A stretch of DNA of 64,000 bases from a virus (lineage: Duplodnaviria; Caudoviricetes), in the IMG/VR virus record IMGVR_UViG_3300031555_004294, positions 192,001 through 256,000 of that record, one strand, 5' to 3'. A model generated the notes under the pieces. It worked only from the letters and a program-made list of their open reading frames with translations, was not told the origin of the DNA and ran no database searches. Positions 19,362-30,052 of the stretch are shown in pieces; position 1 is the stretch's first letter; each line of letters begins with the position of its first letter. Made by a program: the position numbers and the translations under genes.

Positions 19362-22300
19362 TTATTCTTGTGCAATAAGTTTAATGGAGTCATCATTTAC
19401 GCTATCAACAATTGCAACATTGAAAGTATCATGTTTTGCAATATTGATGTCGATATAGAAGATTCTAGAATCATCTGCAATGTAGCAGTAACGGTTAATA
19501 CCACTTCTCAAAATATCTAAGATAGTTTCAAACTGTGAGCCACTGATAGAGGAATTTCTTAATTGAATCATAATATCAAATCCCTTATCAGAAATGTCAG
19601 TTACATAACTGGTATTAGGCCTAAGTTCAAGTACTTTGACAATATTGACATCTTCTGGAATTTCTGGTTCAATAACTAACCATTTTTCATCTTCATAAGT
19701 AGAACTGTCTACAGTAACATTCGCTATAGTTAACTTTTCCCAATTAAATGCTTCGATTTCCCACTTATCATACTGAGACTTTGGAACTTCAAGTTCAATG
19801 ATCTTCTTGATCTCAGGGATTTCAAAATATAGATCAAGATTTGTCTTACCAGCTTCAACAGCGTTTGTGATGTAATTATTAATCTTCATAACGTTACCAG
19901 ATTTAGTCTTGAAATTTGTAAAGTAAATGAAGATCTCATTAGTACTGTTTCTGGTTGTATTGTTGTTTACATTGATCATATTAACATCATACTCTACGAT
20001 CACATTATTGTTACCATCAATTAGTCTACTTCCAGTGAAGTCAATGTTGTCGTATTCTTCATTAAGAGATACCTTATCAATCTTAATCTCGTAACCATTT
20101 GCAATATCACCTATAAAAGTACCAGTTGCAGAAATTTGTGTACTAACTATATCTTTGACTACGAAGAGTAACTGGTCGGTTAATTCTTGCTTTTCCCTAT
20201 CAAAGAATTCCAGAATTACCATATCACTCAGACCTAAAGATGCAATTGTTAATACACCCTCATTATCATTCAGAATACCCTGACCAATTGTAAGATAAGT
20301 ATTATCTTCTAGGTTCTTGATAGTAAAGTAGTAGTGGGCATCATTATTGTATCTGGAAACAAAGTTGCTATCTACTTTAGCAGTAAAGTTATCATAGTAG
20401 ACGAGTTGATAATTGTTTCGAATTGGGTTATTTAGCAGCTTTACATTCACATCAGTATACTCACTGTCAGAAATAGTTCTGATGACAGCATTATCTGTTT
20501 CAATAACAATATCTTTAGTGTATAGAGAAATTCTGAATTTATAAGTAGTATCAAGTTTCAAATCTTGAATGGAATCACCATCAATTAACTTATCTTTACC
20601 AGATCCATCTTTTACTAAAGTGTCAAGTATTACATCATCATCAGTCATGTCGTACATGAAAATCTTAGCTGTAGAATTGTCTACCTTCTGAATGAGTCCA
20701 TTGCTAAATGTAGCATAAATTTCAAATGACGTATCAATGATGTAATTACTATCAACTTGCTTAATAACACTGTTGGGAACTACATCCAACTTCTTAATCA
20801 TCTTACTTTCAGGACTATCAATAACTACTAACTTTCTATCGTCTTTTTCTCTACAAGCAGCATATATGATATACGTACCAATTTCATCTACATACCCATC
20901 TGGATACATAGCACCATGTTCAGACATTAAAGTAACTTCAAGTCCGTCATTAGCTGCAGTAAGCACTTTTTGACTACCATTTTCATAACTACCGATAACA
21001 CGCACATTTTCTAAAATGTTATCATCAGTTGTCAAATAGCCATTGTTAGTCAAAATCTTAATATTTTCCAACTTTAATTCAACAACTGTAATACTAACAG
21101 GTTCAGGAATAGTAACCTTAATTTCTTCTTTTACGCCATTCTTTTCTTCGGTACCAATTACAAGTTCAGCAACAATTGTCTGATCGCCAGGTACTTCAGC
21201 TGTAAAGCCACCTTCAAACTTGTTACCATGATTGTCAAAGAAACTAAATGTGCAATGATCAGTTACATCAACAATGATTTCTTTATTTTCGTCATCATTG
21301 TAATAACCTAAAACTTTCATCTTATGTCCAGACTCACTAAATAGATCAGACAGTTTAGAATATTGTCTTACATTCTTTTGGTTGTCAATACTAAGTTCGA
21401 TTTTATTGATTTTAGCATAGAAAATTTCTGGAACATTAGTATTATCTATCTCATTGTATCCTACATCAGATACAAGCTCCATCCAGCTATTAACGACTGT
21501 AGCATTGTAATCTATGGCGTGTAGCTGACTGTAAACATTTTGAGCTACTTCATTTGAAGCTAACATATCGATGACAGTCTTAGCATAGTCCGTCCAGTTA
21601 ATCTCAGAGTAAAGCTCAATATTATCAAAAGTACTATGTTGTTTGTCAATCTTAAAATAACGGTTGATAATAGAACGCTTTTCAGATAAAGGTACTCTAC
21701 GTCTTCCTACATATGCTTCAATGTAGTTTTCACAAATTGGAATATTCTTATCACAGAGATCAATTATACCAGCTGAATATTTACTATCATCTTCAGTAAA
21801 TGTTACAAACTCTAAGATATCTTTAAATGCAGCATATTCTTCAACGTATCTAACATAAACAGCTCTCTTAAGAGAAACTAAACCTCTAACAGCAATCTGC
21901 TTATTAGCAATGAGTTCTTTAACCTTTTCATCAAACTCAATAAATTCAACATATTCGAATCTTCCTTCAACTAGTTCAGGAATAAATTTAACATACTGAT
22001 CGTTTTCAAAGGTTTCGATTTCATCTTCTTCTACAAAGAATGAATCCTCGTAAGGTAAGTAATTTTCACCATTGAAAGTTACAACCTTGTAAGGTTCAAA
22101 ATCAAAGGTATCTTCGTAATAGTAGTAACTTTCACCATTGATAGTCACGGGTTTGTATAACTCTAACTTTTCAACAAGTGCGTCAGTTTTCTTTAGCATC
22201 TTAACAATTTTGAAGTTACCTCTGTACTTTTTGTACTCATTCTTATAAGGAACTGCCATAAAGCCGTCCATAGAGAAGAAAACATCGATATCGGGAACAA

Positions 22301-23771
22301 TACTCTCAGTAGCAGCAAGTTCTACAAATTTATCATCAAAACGTACATAATTTGTGTCAATGTGCTGTAAAGAAACCTTATCATAGAAGTTATAAGATGT
22401 GTCAATGCATTTATTTCTGTAAGTAACTACAGAGTTAGGAGCTAAAACTCCATTGAAACGGATATACTGATTACCTTTTTCATTGTTAACGAAGAAGTAG
22501 TCAACATCGTTGATTGCTCTAAAGCCATTGATATATACTTCTACATCGTTACTAGATTTTACAGGTAGAGGTAAGTAACAATCATTAACCTTTACAGATT
22601 TATCAACCAATGGACAAGTCATAGATGCATCTGCAAAACCATATTCAAAATACTCGTCAAGAGTAAACTGAGTTTCATTAATAAATTCACACTCAATATG
22701 CTTTGTTCTGTTAATGATAAGATAAACATCCCCTTCTTTAATATCTACATCATCAGACAAATCTAAAATGAAAGATTTCTTCTGAATGTCAAAAGGAATT
22801 CTCCCCCAGTTATCATCAGTTGATTCTTCAGTTGTAGAAAGAGCAAATAAAATGTCACCAATCTTACATGTATATTTACCATAAGTACCATTGGACTTTA
22901 CTTCATATGCATCATTTCTCTGTACATTTGTTGGAAGCTTAACAATATCAGCAACGATACTAGATTTACCAATGGTTCCTTTAACATTGTTTACGTATGC
23001 AATATACTCATTCAAATGTGCACTATTACTAATCTGAAAGTACTTACTTTCAGACTCTAGTACAGACTTCTTAAAAATCATTAAGTTGTCTAAGCTAGTA
23101 ACATCGTTATCTTCAGTATCAATAACATCTCCATAACGTCCTACCAGTTCCTTATCAATGAAATAAGTTTTCTTATTAATATCAGATACCGTAAATGTAG
23201 TATAGAAAGAATTAAACTTAGGTTCTTTACGAATAACCACACTGACAGTATAAACTTTTCCATTCTTTAATTTCTGATCATCAAAAAGATCAGCATCAAT
23301 TAAGAAACGTCTTGCACCAGTTTTGAAATTATAATGTTTCGTACTAGGTAGTTCTAAGAAATTCTTTTTTCTTAGCTTTTTACCATCAATAAACACGTCA
23401 GAATAGAAATCATACTGGTCGGAAACTAGAGAACTGTCAATACAAGTAATGAGGACTTTGTCTCCATTACCAAAGTTTAAGTAAACAGAATCATTGTTAA
23501 AGGTATTTCTATACATTAACTTCTGTTTTGTTTCTCTATCAACATACACGTCTGTCTGGTACGCAATATTAGAAGTTGCCTTTAGATAACGTCTAGCATA
23601 GTCTGGATCTTCCTTAATGATTTCATTAAAAGTATCTCTAAGTTCTGGTCTATAACCATATGAACGAATTTGTTTATTTTTTTCGGTGTCTATCTTAGAA
23701 ATACTAGCTTTTCTATTTTTGATCATGTCTCTAATGATAGAGTCAAAATTAGACATTGTATTTTCCACCAT
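19362..23771 (-). CDS. Very large virion structural protein with Ig-like (Big-type) repeats
   Basis: 1469 aa; VxGxYxxG / IYATFSNG motifs typical of bacterial Ig-like domains, and a VYINGFR beta module. Confidence 0.6.
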   Translation of the reverse strand: MVENTMSNFDSIIRDMIKNRKASISKIDTEKNKQIRSYGYRPELRDTFNEIIKEDPDYARRYLKATSNIAYQTDVYVDRETKQKLMYRNTFNNDSVYLNFGNGDKVLITCIDSSLVSDQYDFYSDVFIDGKKLRKKNFLELPSTKHYNFKTGARRFLIDADLFDDQKLKNGKVYTVSVVIRKEPKFNSFYTTFTVSDINKKTYFIDKELVGRYGDVIDTEDNDVTSLDNLMIFKKSVLESESKYFQISNSAHLNEYIAYVNNVKGTIGKSSIVADIVKLPTNVQRNDAYEVKSNGTYGKYTCKIGDILFALSTTEESTDDNWGRIPFDIQKKSFILDLSDDVDIKEGDVYLIINRTKHIECEFINETQFTLDEYFEYGFADASMTCPLVDKSVKVNDCYLPLPVKSSNDVEVYINGFRAINDVDYFFVNNEKGNQYIRFNGVLAPNSVVTYRNKCIDTSYNFYDKVSLQHIDTNYVRFDDKFVELAATESIVPDIDVFFSMDGFMAVPYKNEYKKYRGNFKIVKMLKKTDALVEKLELYKPVTINGESYYYYEDTFDFEPYKVVTFNGENYLPYEDSFFVEEDEIETFENDQYVKFIPELVEGRFEYVEFIEFDEKVKELIANKQIAVRGLVSLKRAVYVRYVEEYAAFKDILEFVTFTEDDSKYSAGIIDLCDKNIPICENYIEAYVGRRRVPLSEKRSIINRYFKIDKQHSTFDNIELYSEINWTDYAKTVIDMLASNEVAQNVYSQLHAIDYNATVVNSWMELVSDVGYNEIDNTNVPEIFYAKINKIELSIDNQKNVRQYSKLSDLFSESGHKMKVLGYYNDDENKEIIVDVTDHCTFSFFDNHGNKFEGGFTAEVPGDQTIVAELVIGTEEKNGVKEEIKVTIPEPVSITVVELKLENIKILTNNGYLTTDDNILENVRVIGSYENGSQKVLTAANDGLEVTLMSEHGAMYPDGYVDEIGTYIIYAACREKDDRKLVVIDSPESKMIKKLDVVPNSVIKQVDSNYIIDTSFEIYATFSNGLIQKVDNSTAKIFMYDMTDDDVILDTLVKDGSGKDKLIDGDSIQDLKLDTTYKFRISLYTKDIVIETDNAVIRTISDSEYTDVNVKLLNNPIRNNYQLVYYDNFTAKVDSNFVSRYNNDAHYYFTIKNLEDNTYLTIGQGILNDNEGVLTIASLGLSDMVILEFFDREKQELTDQLLFVVKDIVSTQISATGTFIGDIANGYEIKIDKVSLNEEYDNIDFTGSRLIDGNNNVIVEYDVNMINVNNNTTRNSTNEIFIYFTNFKTKSGNVMKINNYITNAVEAGKTNLDLYFEIPEIKKIIELEVPKSQYDKWEIEAFNWEKLTIANVTVDSSTYEDEKWLVIEPEIPEDVNIVKVLELRPNTSYVTDISDKGFDIMIQLRNSSISGSQFETILDILRSGINRYCYIADDSRIFYIDINIAKHDTFNVAIVDSVNDDSIKLIAQE

Positions 23772-23786
23772 CCTTTACTTATATTT

Positions 23787-24740
23787 TTAACGACTTAATA
23801 CACGAGTGATTTCAGTATATAAATCAAGAGCATCTTTGTTAATAACACTGTCAACTAATTGGTCTTTATATCCACGGATATTAAAAATGGAAGAAGTAAT
23901 AATTACTTCTAATAATCTTTGATAATTTTCCATAGCAAATAGAGAATTTTCACCATAAAGGTTCATAAACTCCATAGTAAAGACACGTAAATCTAATTTC
24001 TTTAAGATATCAAAGTAATCAGAGAGTGCTTTAAAGAATTTTTCTAAAGATTCATAATTTTCTTTTGAAAAATCCAAATCAGTACTTAACATAACTTTTT
24101 TAGGAGTATTACCAGAAGTACAAGAATATGCTACGTCATTAGTAGATTCATTTTCAGGAAGTTCTAATACATACATCAAGAAAAATTTAGCAAGTAAGTA
24201 ACTAATTTTATCAGCCTTTTCTGGCATAAGATTAACTGCAAAAAGCTTATCTAAAACTTTTCTCATTAATTTTACATAGCACTGAGTTGACAGTCTTTTA
24301 ATTTTAGAATTGTAGAGAAACTTATTTTCAGATTTTTGTAGTTCTCTAGAAATATATGCACATTCTAAATAACCATATAACTTTTTGTTATCAATCTTTA
24401 TATCACCTTGTTTGCCCTTAATTCCACCGATAGTCTCTAGATTTAAAATAGCACTAATTTCATTAGGTAATACTAGATTTTTAACTAGGAAAATTGGAAC
24501 TAATGTTGTTAGTTTAGCATAGTCAGAAAAAAGTGTAGTTATTTCTTTTTTCTCATAAGATGCTAAAACCTGTGGCTTTAAAGTAAAAGAAAATCTACGC
24601 TTAATGATATCAATCTCGTTCTTAAAATAATCGGCATCAACAATATCATTTTTCCAATCTATCTTTTTAATATTTTCTCGAAAATTTCTTCCAACTTTTT
24701 CATCTTTTCGAAAAAGATAAGTATCGCTTAAACTTCTCAA
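23787..24740 (-). CDS. Hypothetical protein, probably virion-associated (TTG start)
   Basis: 317 aa ORF heading the structural operon; AGAGGTG RBS and late-promoter motif at 24780-24791. Confidence 0.6.
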   Translation of the reverse strand: MRSLSDTYLFRKDEKVGRNFRENIKKIDWKNDIVDADYFKNEIDIIKRRFSFTLKPQVLASYEKKEITTLFSDYAKLTTLVPIFLVKNLVLPNEISAILNLETIGGIKGKQGDIKIDNKKLYGYLECAYISRELQKSENKFLYNSKIKRLSTQCYVKLMRKVLDKLFAVNLMPEKADKISYLLAKFFLMYVLELPENESTNDVAYSCTSGNTPKKVMLSTDLDFSKENYESLEKFFKALSDYFDILKKLDLRVFTMEFMNLYGENSLFAMENYQRLLEVIITSSIFNIRGYKDQLVDSVINKDALDLYTEITRVLSR

Positions 24741-24878
24741 TTATGAACACCTCTTTCTTTAGTTTTTTCATCATAGATTTATTAGTTTGTTTGAAATCCG
24801 TGAATATTGTTAGTTTAAAAATGGTTATAACTATATATCATAAAAGTATCAAAAATACTTGAAAGGGAGACTAGAACT

Positions 24879-25088
24879 ATGGCTAACTTTGTTGAAATCG
24901 ATGCGGAACTTATTAACTTAGACCAAGTAACCCATATTAAAACATCTTTAGAGAATGGAGATTATTGTTTAAATTTCTATCATGGAGATGATGTAATTTT
25001 GTCATTAAATTTTCATTGGCATGTGTCAGAATGTAATGATGAATATAGAAAATGGAAAGAAAAATTAATAAAAAATGAGGATAATTAA
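24879..25088 (+). CDS. Small hypothetical protein
   Basis: GGGAG RBS; INLDQVTHI motif typical of small phage beta proteins. Confidence 0.6.
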   Translation: MANFVEIDAELINLDQVTHIKTSLENGDYCLNFYHGDDVILSLNFHWHVSECNDEYRKWKEKLIKNEDN

Positions 25089-25090
25089 AG

Positions 25091-25408
25091 ATGACTAATT
25101 GGGAAGATGTTGAAACTGAAGTAGAAAATCTTACTGACACAGACTATAGAAAACTGCAAAATAAAAAATGCCATTTTTGCTATAGTTTAAGAAACGAAAC
25201 TATTAAAAGTGCAAAAGTAGAAAAATACGATAAGCATGAAGAAATTAGAGATCCATTTTTTGGAAGAGATAGAATTGGTGAGAGATTTGTAAAAAGACAA
25301 CCAATGATTATCTTCAGAACAAATAGAATGACTATTAGAAAACAACTTCCAGTAAATTTTAAATTCTGTCCTGTTTGTGGTAGACTATTAATGGAGGATA
25401 AAAAATGA
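25091..25408 (+). CDS. Small Zn-ribbon protein
   Basis: CHFC...FCPVCGR. Confidence 0.65.
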   Translation: MTNWEDVETEVENLTDTDYRKLQNKKCHFCYSLRNETIKSAKVEKYDKHEEIRDPFFGRDRIGERFVKRQPMIIFRTNRMTIRKQLPVNFKFCPVCGRLLMEDKK

Positions 25409-26490
25409 AAGATACAGTAAAAATAGCAAACATAGCTGATATACATTGGGGATCTATCAATCCTAAAAAACTTTACAATGACTTGAAAACTGAATTCATA
25501 GACAAAATTAAAGATGAAGATTTAGATATGATTATGATACTCGGTGACTATTTTGATCATAAGATACCTCTTACAGATCAATCAAGTATCCTTGGTATAA
25601 AGTTTCTGAGCCAGTTATGCAGTTTTGCTAAAAAGCGAAACATTGAGATTAGAATACTTAGAGGAACTAAAACTCATGATTTCAACCAACTAGATAATTT
25701 TAAGTCATTAGAATCAACATATGAGAACTTCAGAATCATTAATACTGTTTCTGAAGAATTATTTAACGGATTGAAATTTTTGTATGTTCCAGAAGAGTAT
25801 ATGAATGATCAAGACGAATACTATCGAGAGTTCAAGGATAAAGAATGGGATTGTATTTATGGACATGGTACATGGGATGTATATGCTTTCCAGAACCAAA
25901 TTTCTGAATCTGAAAGACCCATCAAGGGTTCACCTGTTTTCATGTATAATGAATGGGCAGACAATGTTCATTACGATATCATATTCGGTCACATTCATGT
26001 GAGAAATACTCATAAAAGACTTCATTACCCTGGTTCTTTTGAAAGATGGTGTCATGGTGAAGAGACTCCTAAAGGATTTATCATTCAGGAGATTAATAAG
26101 GATGGATCCAATATTAGATTCATAAAGAATACTAAAGCTACTGAGTATACTACGGTTAATCTCTCTGAGTTAGTTAACGCTGGGGAAGATTTAAAAGACA
26201 CTATTTCTAAGATAGAACAGCTGAAGAAAGACAATAGTAACTTTAGAGTTAAAGTTGGTAGTAATATGTCTATGGATGATTTAGGTATTCTTAAAGAAAC
26301 TTTCTCTAATGAAAATTCTATTAGAATTGAACTTCAATCAGTTAAAGAACAACTTCAGGAAAAAGCATTAGAAGAACATGATTTCTTAGGAAATGATGTT
26401 TCTGAAAATATTCAAGCTTTTATTAAAGAAAAATTTGGCAAAGATATTTCTATTGAAGAAATAGACGAAATCTCCAAAGAAGACGATTAA
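25405..26490 (+). CDS. SbcD/Mre11-like metallophosphoesterase nuclease
   Basis: IADIH, GDYFD, GTKTHD, GHIH, YPGSF motifs. Confidence 0.85.
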   Translation: MKDTVKIANIADIHWGSINPKKLYNDLKTEFIDKIKDEDLDMIMILGDYFDHKIPLTDQSSILGIKFLSQLCSFAKKRNIEIRILRGTKTHDFNQLDNFKSLESTYENFRIINTVSEELFNGLKFLYVPEEYMNDQDEYYREFKDKEWDCIYGHGTWDVYAFQNQISESERPIKGSPVFMYNEWADNVHYDIIFGHIHVRNTHKRLHYPGSFERWCHGEETPKGFIIQEINKDGSNIRFIKNTKATEYTTVNLSELVNAGEDLKDTISKIEQLKKDNSNFRVKVGSNMSMDDLGILKETFSNENSIRIELQSVKEQLQEKALEEHDFLGNDVSENIQAFIKEKFGKDISIEEIDEISKEDD

Positions 26491-26750
26491 AAAATTAAAT
26501 GACCCTAAGTACCATAGAGTACTTAGGGTCATTTATAAGGATTTAAGGAGGTAAAAAATGAAAAAGAAAAGACACATAGAGAAGGAAAAATTCGAACTCT
26601 ATAATTTTTTGTTTAAAAATTTTACAGAGATTTCGACAAAATAATTTTACTGTGGAAACAGTCAAATTTATATATAACGTTTTCTTAAAGTTTTAAAGTA
26701 AAAGTTGCTATAAAATAAAATATTACTAGTGAATTCAAAATTTAAGGTAG

Positions 26751-27356
26751 GTGACGATAATACAGATGGACTACTTATATAACGTCAAAAAGATTGACGA
26801 AATAGAGATAGGAGACATTATTTTTATCGAGGTAGATGAAAATAATCGTCCTATTTTTGAATTTGTCGTCTTAGAAAATAAACCAGATAGTAAAATAAAG
26901 AATACATTTTGTCTAGAAGAAAAAGAAATAGTAGATTTAAACTTAACTGACCATGAATATGTATATTTTCTTGGAAATATGTGTCAGAAATTATCTAAAA
27001 AAGAACTTATGAAAGGAGTTCAAAAAAGATATGTATGGTTAGGTATCGAGTATGACTTAATCAAGGTACTTGTAAATCTTTTAGATGGAACTGTAGAAAA
27101 GTACAATTATGAAACAGAAGAATGGGAATTTTTAAGTGATGAAGTTGAAGACAATGGTTATTTAATGACTTTAACTTTTGATGTCATTAGATTTCGTATC
27201 AACCTTACTAATCTAAAAGTTCAAATTATGAATGGACGTACATTGAGATTTAGAAATTATAACAACTATCTTTTAGGTCTTGAAGGACAATATGTTTTCA
27301 ATGCTGAGAATGAGTTGGAGCTTTCTAACGATGATGATACTGAAGGAGGTAAGTAA
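26751..27356 (+). CDS. Hypothetical protein
   Basis: 201 aa ORF coupled to the helicase start (TAATG). Confidence 0.6.
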   Translation: MTIIQMDYLYNVKKIDEIEIGDIIFIEVDENNRPIFEFVVLENKPDSKIKNTFCLEEKEIVDLNLTDHEYVYFLGNMCQKLSKKELMKGVQKRYVWLGIEYDLIKVLVNLLDGTVEKYNYETEEWEFLSDEVEDNGYLMTLTFDVIRFRINLTNLKVQIMNGRTLRFRNYNNYLLGLEGQYVFNAENELELSNDDDTEGGK

Positions 27357-29047
27357 TGGCAAAATCTAGTGAAAAGATAACAATCCAAATACCTCTTTCT
27401 ATTAGACAGTTGGATTTAATGATTGGTACAGTAATGACATTTAACGATACTGTCAATAAGCAACTCATTAGAAAAATTAACGAGCTGATAAAGAATGTTG
27501 ATAAGAATGACTATGCTGATGATATTGAATTGGCATCAAGATTATGGATGCTGAAAGGTTTAATCAAGTATAGACTTAAGAGTGGTTTAAAGACTTCTGA
27601 TGAGTTACTTGATGCTATTAGAGTTGGTGGAAAATATGAAGATGAAATTGAAACTATAGTCGAATGTATTGGTGACATTTGGTATGACGATGAAAATGGT
27701 TTATGTAGAGAAGACATTCTCTATACAGACCAGTTAGTATCAGACATCTTACAGTATAGTTTCATTTTCAACTATCAAGACATAATTGATGATTTGAGTG
27801 TTAAACTTAGATCTGGAGATTATGGCGACAGTTTACATGATTTTTGTGATTCATATAGAACTACTATAACTGACTTGTATAGTTCTTTTAAGAAATCTGA
27901 AAGTATTTCTAAAGAAAGTGAAAATGATTTCAATAGTAATGACTTTACATTAGAAGGAACTATTAGACGTTCTATAAGGCAGTTAAATGCTCCTTCAAGT
28001 AAACTTAAAACTTCTATACGAATGAAGAATGAAATGTTGAATGGAGGTTTTGAGTCAGGACGCTTCTATCTCATACTTGGTTTGCAAGGCGGTGGTAAGA
28101 GTGTAGAACTAATACAATTGGCTCTAGATTTCAAGCATTACAACAAAGACATTACTTTTGAAGATGGTAGAAAACCAGTAATTCTTTTTATAACTCAGGA
28201 GAACTCCATTAGAGAAACTATGGAAAGATTCTGGAGTTTTTATATGGGAAATGACGATGACTTTAAATCTCACGATCCAGAAGAAGCAATACAGATTCTT
28301 AATGAAAAAGGTTTCAATAAAGGGCCAGAACTTTTAGTTAAATATCGTAGTTCTAAGTCAATTTCTACAACTGACGTTTCTGCCATGATTGATGAAATTG
28401 AAGAAGATGGTGAAAGAAAAGTAATCGCAGTTATCCATGACTACTTAAAGAGAATTCGTAGTTCTCAATATAGTAAGAATCTTAATCTCTATGAAGAAAT
28501 GGGTTACATTTCTGATGAATTTTGTAATATAGCAAAAGAACATGATATAGTTGTAGTAAGTGCAATGCAATTTAATCGAAATGCTTTACAAAAGATAGAA
28601 GAAGCAATAAAGCAACACAAGGAAGATCCATTAAAACAGCTTGGTACTTCTGATATCGGTGAATCTGTCAAGATACTTGATAACAGTGACGTCATCTATT
28701 CTATCCATAGAAAGCCAAATGCTCTTAATGGACAATCAGTGATTAGTTACAAGTTGATGAAATATAGAGGTAAGCGTAGTGTTGATGCTCCTGACTATTT
28801 TAGTCATCCATTTGCAGAAAATAACACTATGAAACTTGAACCTGATTTAAATTTGGCTAAGTCTCTTTCTATTAAGGAATTAGGTAATGGAACAGAAAAT
28901 TACGATCCTGTTGAACATCGTAAACAAATGGCAGAAAAGAAAACTGGTAAAATATCTGGTGGTAGAAAAGTCACTGTTGATAGAGAAAAAAGAGCAAATC
29001 TACTAAGAGATGATTCCGATGAGGAAGAAGAGTCTGAAGAAGAATAA
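27356..29047 (+). CDS. Replicative SF4 (DnaB/gp41-like) helicase
   Basis: Walker A GLQGGGKS, ITQENS, Walker B IHDYL, SAMQFNR, KYR. Confidence 0.85.
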   Translation: MAKSSEKITIQIPLSIRQLDLMIGTVMTFNDTVNKQLIRKINELIKNVDKNDYADDIELASRLWMLKGLIKYRLKSGLKTSDELLDAIRVGGKYEDEIETIVECIGDIWYDDENGLCREDILYTDQLVSDILQYSFIFNYQDIIDDLSVKLRSGDYGDSLHDFCDSYRTTITDLYSSFKKSESISKESENDFNSNDFTLEGTIRRSIRQLNAPSSKLKTSIRMKNEMLNGGFESGRFYLILGLQGGGKSVELIQLALDFKHYNKDITFEDGRKPVILFITQENSIRETMERFWSFYMGNDDDFKSHDPEEAIQILNEKGFNKGPELLVKYRSSKSISTTDVSAMIDEIEEDGERKVIAVIHDYLKRIRSSQYSKNLNLYEEMGYISDEFCNIAKEHDIVVVSAMQFNRNALQKIEEAIKQHKEDPLKQLGTSDIGESVKILDNSDVIYSIHRKPNALNGQSVISYKLMKYRGKRSVDAPDYFSHPFAENNTMKLEPDLNLAKSLSIKELGNGTENYDPVEHRKQMAEKKTGKISGGRKVTVDREKRANLLRDDSDEEEESEEE

Positions 29048-29113
29048 AAATTTTATGGAGTAATACCAACTTTTAATGGTATTACTCCATATTAAAGAAA
29101 GAGGAAAATACTT

Positions 29114-29605
29114 ATGAAAAATGTAACTAAAGAACTTCTAAGTGCTCTTAAAACTGAAGAGATTGAAGAGGTTATTTCATATTTGAATATAAAGCTACAT
29201 GATGCAAAAGTTGGCAATTATAAGATAACCAAAGAACAATTTTTAAAGCATTTTGAACTAACAGAAGAACAGTTTGAAAAAATTAATGACATTTTTCTTG
29301 ATATTAGTTGCTGTTTAAACCTTGGTGATTTTTATATAACCATTGATATACCTGAAGAAAACTATACTGAACCGTATCTAGAAAAATGCTATTCTGAAGA
29401 TGCAAATAAATACGGTGGTTTAAACTATTTAGAGAGTTATTCTGACAATTTACAGGAACAATTTTTTGAAACTTTTGAAGCTAGATGTGTTTATTGGGGC
29501 AGAGTTAATACTGAAGAAATTACAACTTTCTTATTTGATAGTAAATTTTTAGAAGAAATATCTGATAGACTTCAAATTACAATTGAACCTAATTATGACA
29601 CCTAA
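29114..29605 (+). CDS. Hypothetical protein
   Basis: 163 aa ORF with GAGG RBS. Confidence 0.6.
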   Translation: MKNVTKELLSALKTEEIEEVISYLNIKLHDAKVGNYKITKEQFLKHFELTEEQFEKINDIFLDISCCLNLGDFYITIDIPEENYTEPYLEKCYSEDANKYGGLNYLESYSDNLQEQFFETFEARCVYWGRVNTEEITTFLFDSKFLEEISDRLQITIEPNYDT

Positions 29606-29621
29606 AAAGGAGATCTCTAAA

Positions 29622-29933
29622 ATGAAAATAAGAATCTACCAAATAGATCCAGAAAAAGATAAAAATCAAGTTCTTTTTCTTGGTCTTAAAACATTGTCTT
29701 TGAAAAATTATCAAGTAGACAGGAAAATTTATGATGTAGTTTTTGAGAATGAAGTCAACGCTAATGACTTAGAAGATGTATATACAATTTTTAACATCAA
29801 TCATCCAGAAGGTTATATTGGAAGATCTTTATCTAAATCTGATGTTGTTGAAGTCATTGAAGGAAATGAAGAAACTCTTATTGGCTTTTACTTCTGCGAT
29901 AGAATCGGGTTTAAAAAGATAGACTTCAACTAA
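29622..29933 (+). CDS. YodL-like domain protein
   Basis: IYQI...Y..V...LEDVYTIFNINHPEGYIGRSLSKSDVV...YFCDRIGF; start moved to the ATG after AGGAG. Confidence 0.8.
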   Translation: MKIRIYQIDPEKDKNQVLFLGLKTLSLKNYQVDRKIYDVVFENEVNANDLEDVYTIFNINHPEGYIGRSLSKSDVVEVIEGNEETLIGFYFCDRIGFKKIDFN

Positions 29934-29991
29934 CACTTACAAAAGATACTCTGGAATTTTATTCAGAGTATCTTTTTTTTTGTAATTTCCA

Positions 29992-30003
29992 AACATAAAA
30001 TTA
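29992..30003 (+). promoter_or_regulatory. AACA-N6-TA late-type promoter (representative plus-strand copy, before the endolysin)
   Basis: Same motif on the plus strand at 3838, 11520, 11536, 37284, 44738 and 48534. Confidence 0.7.
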
Positions 30004-30052
30004 TCCCACTTTGTTAACTATAGTTTTCTTAAATGAGAAAGGATGATTTTTA

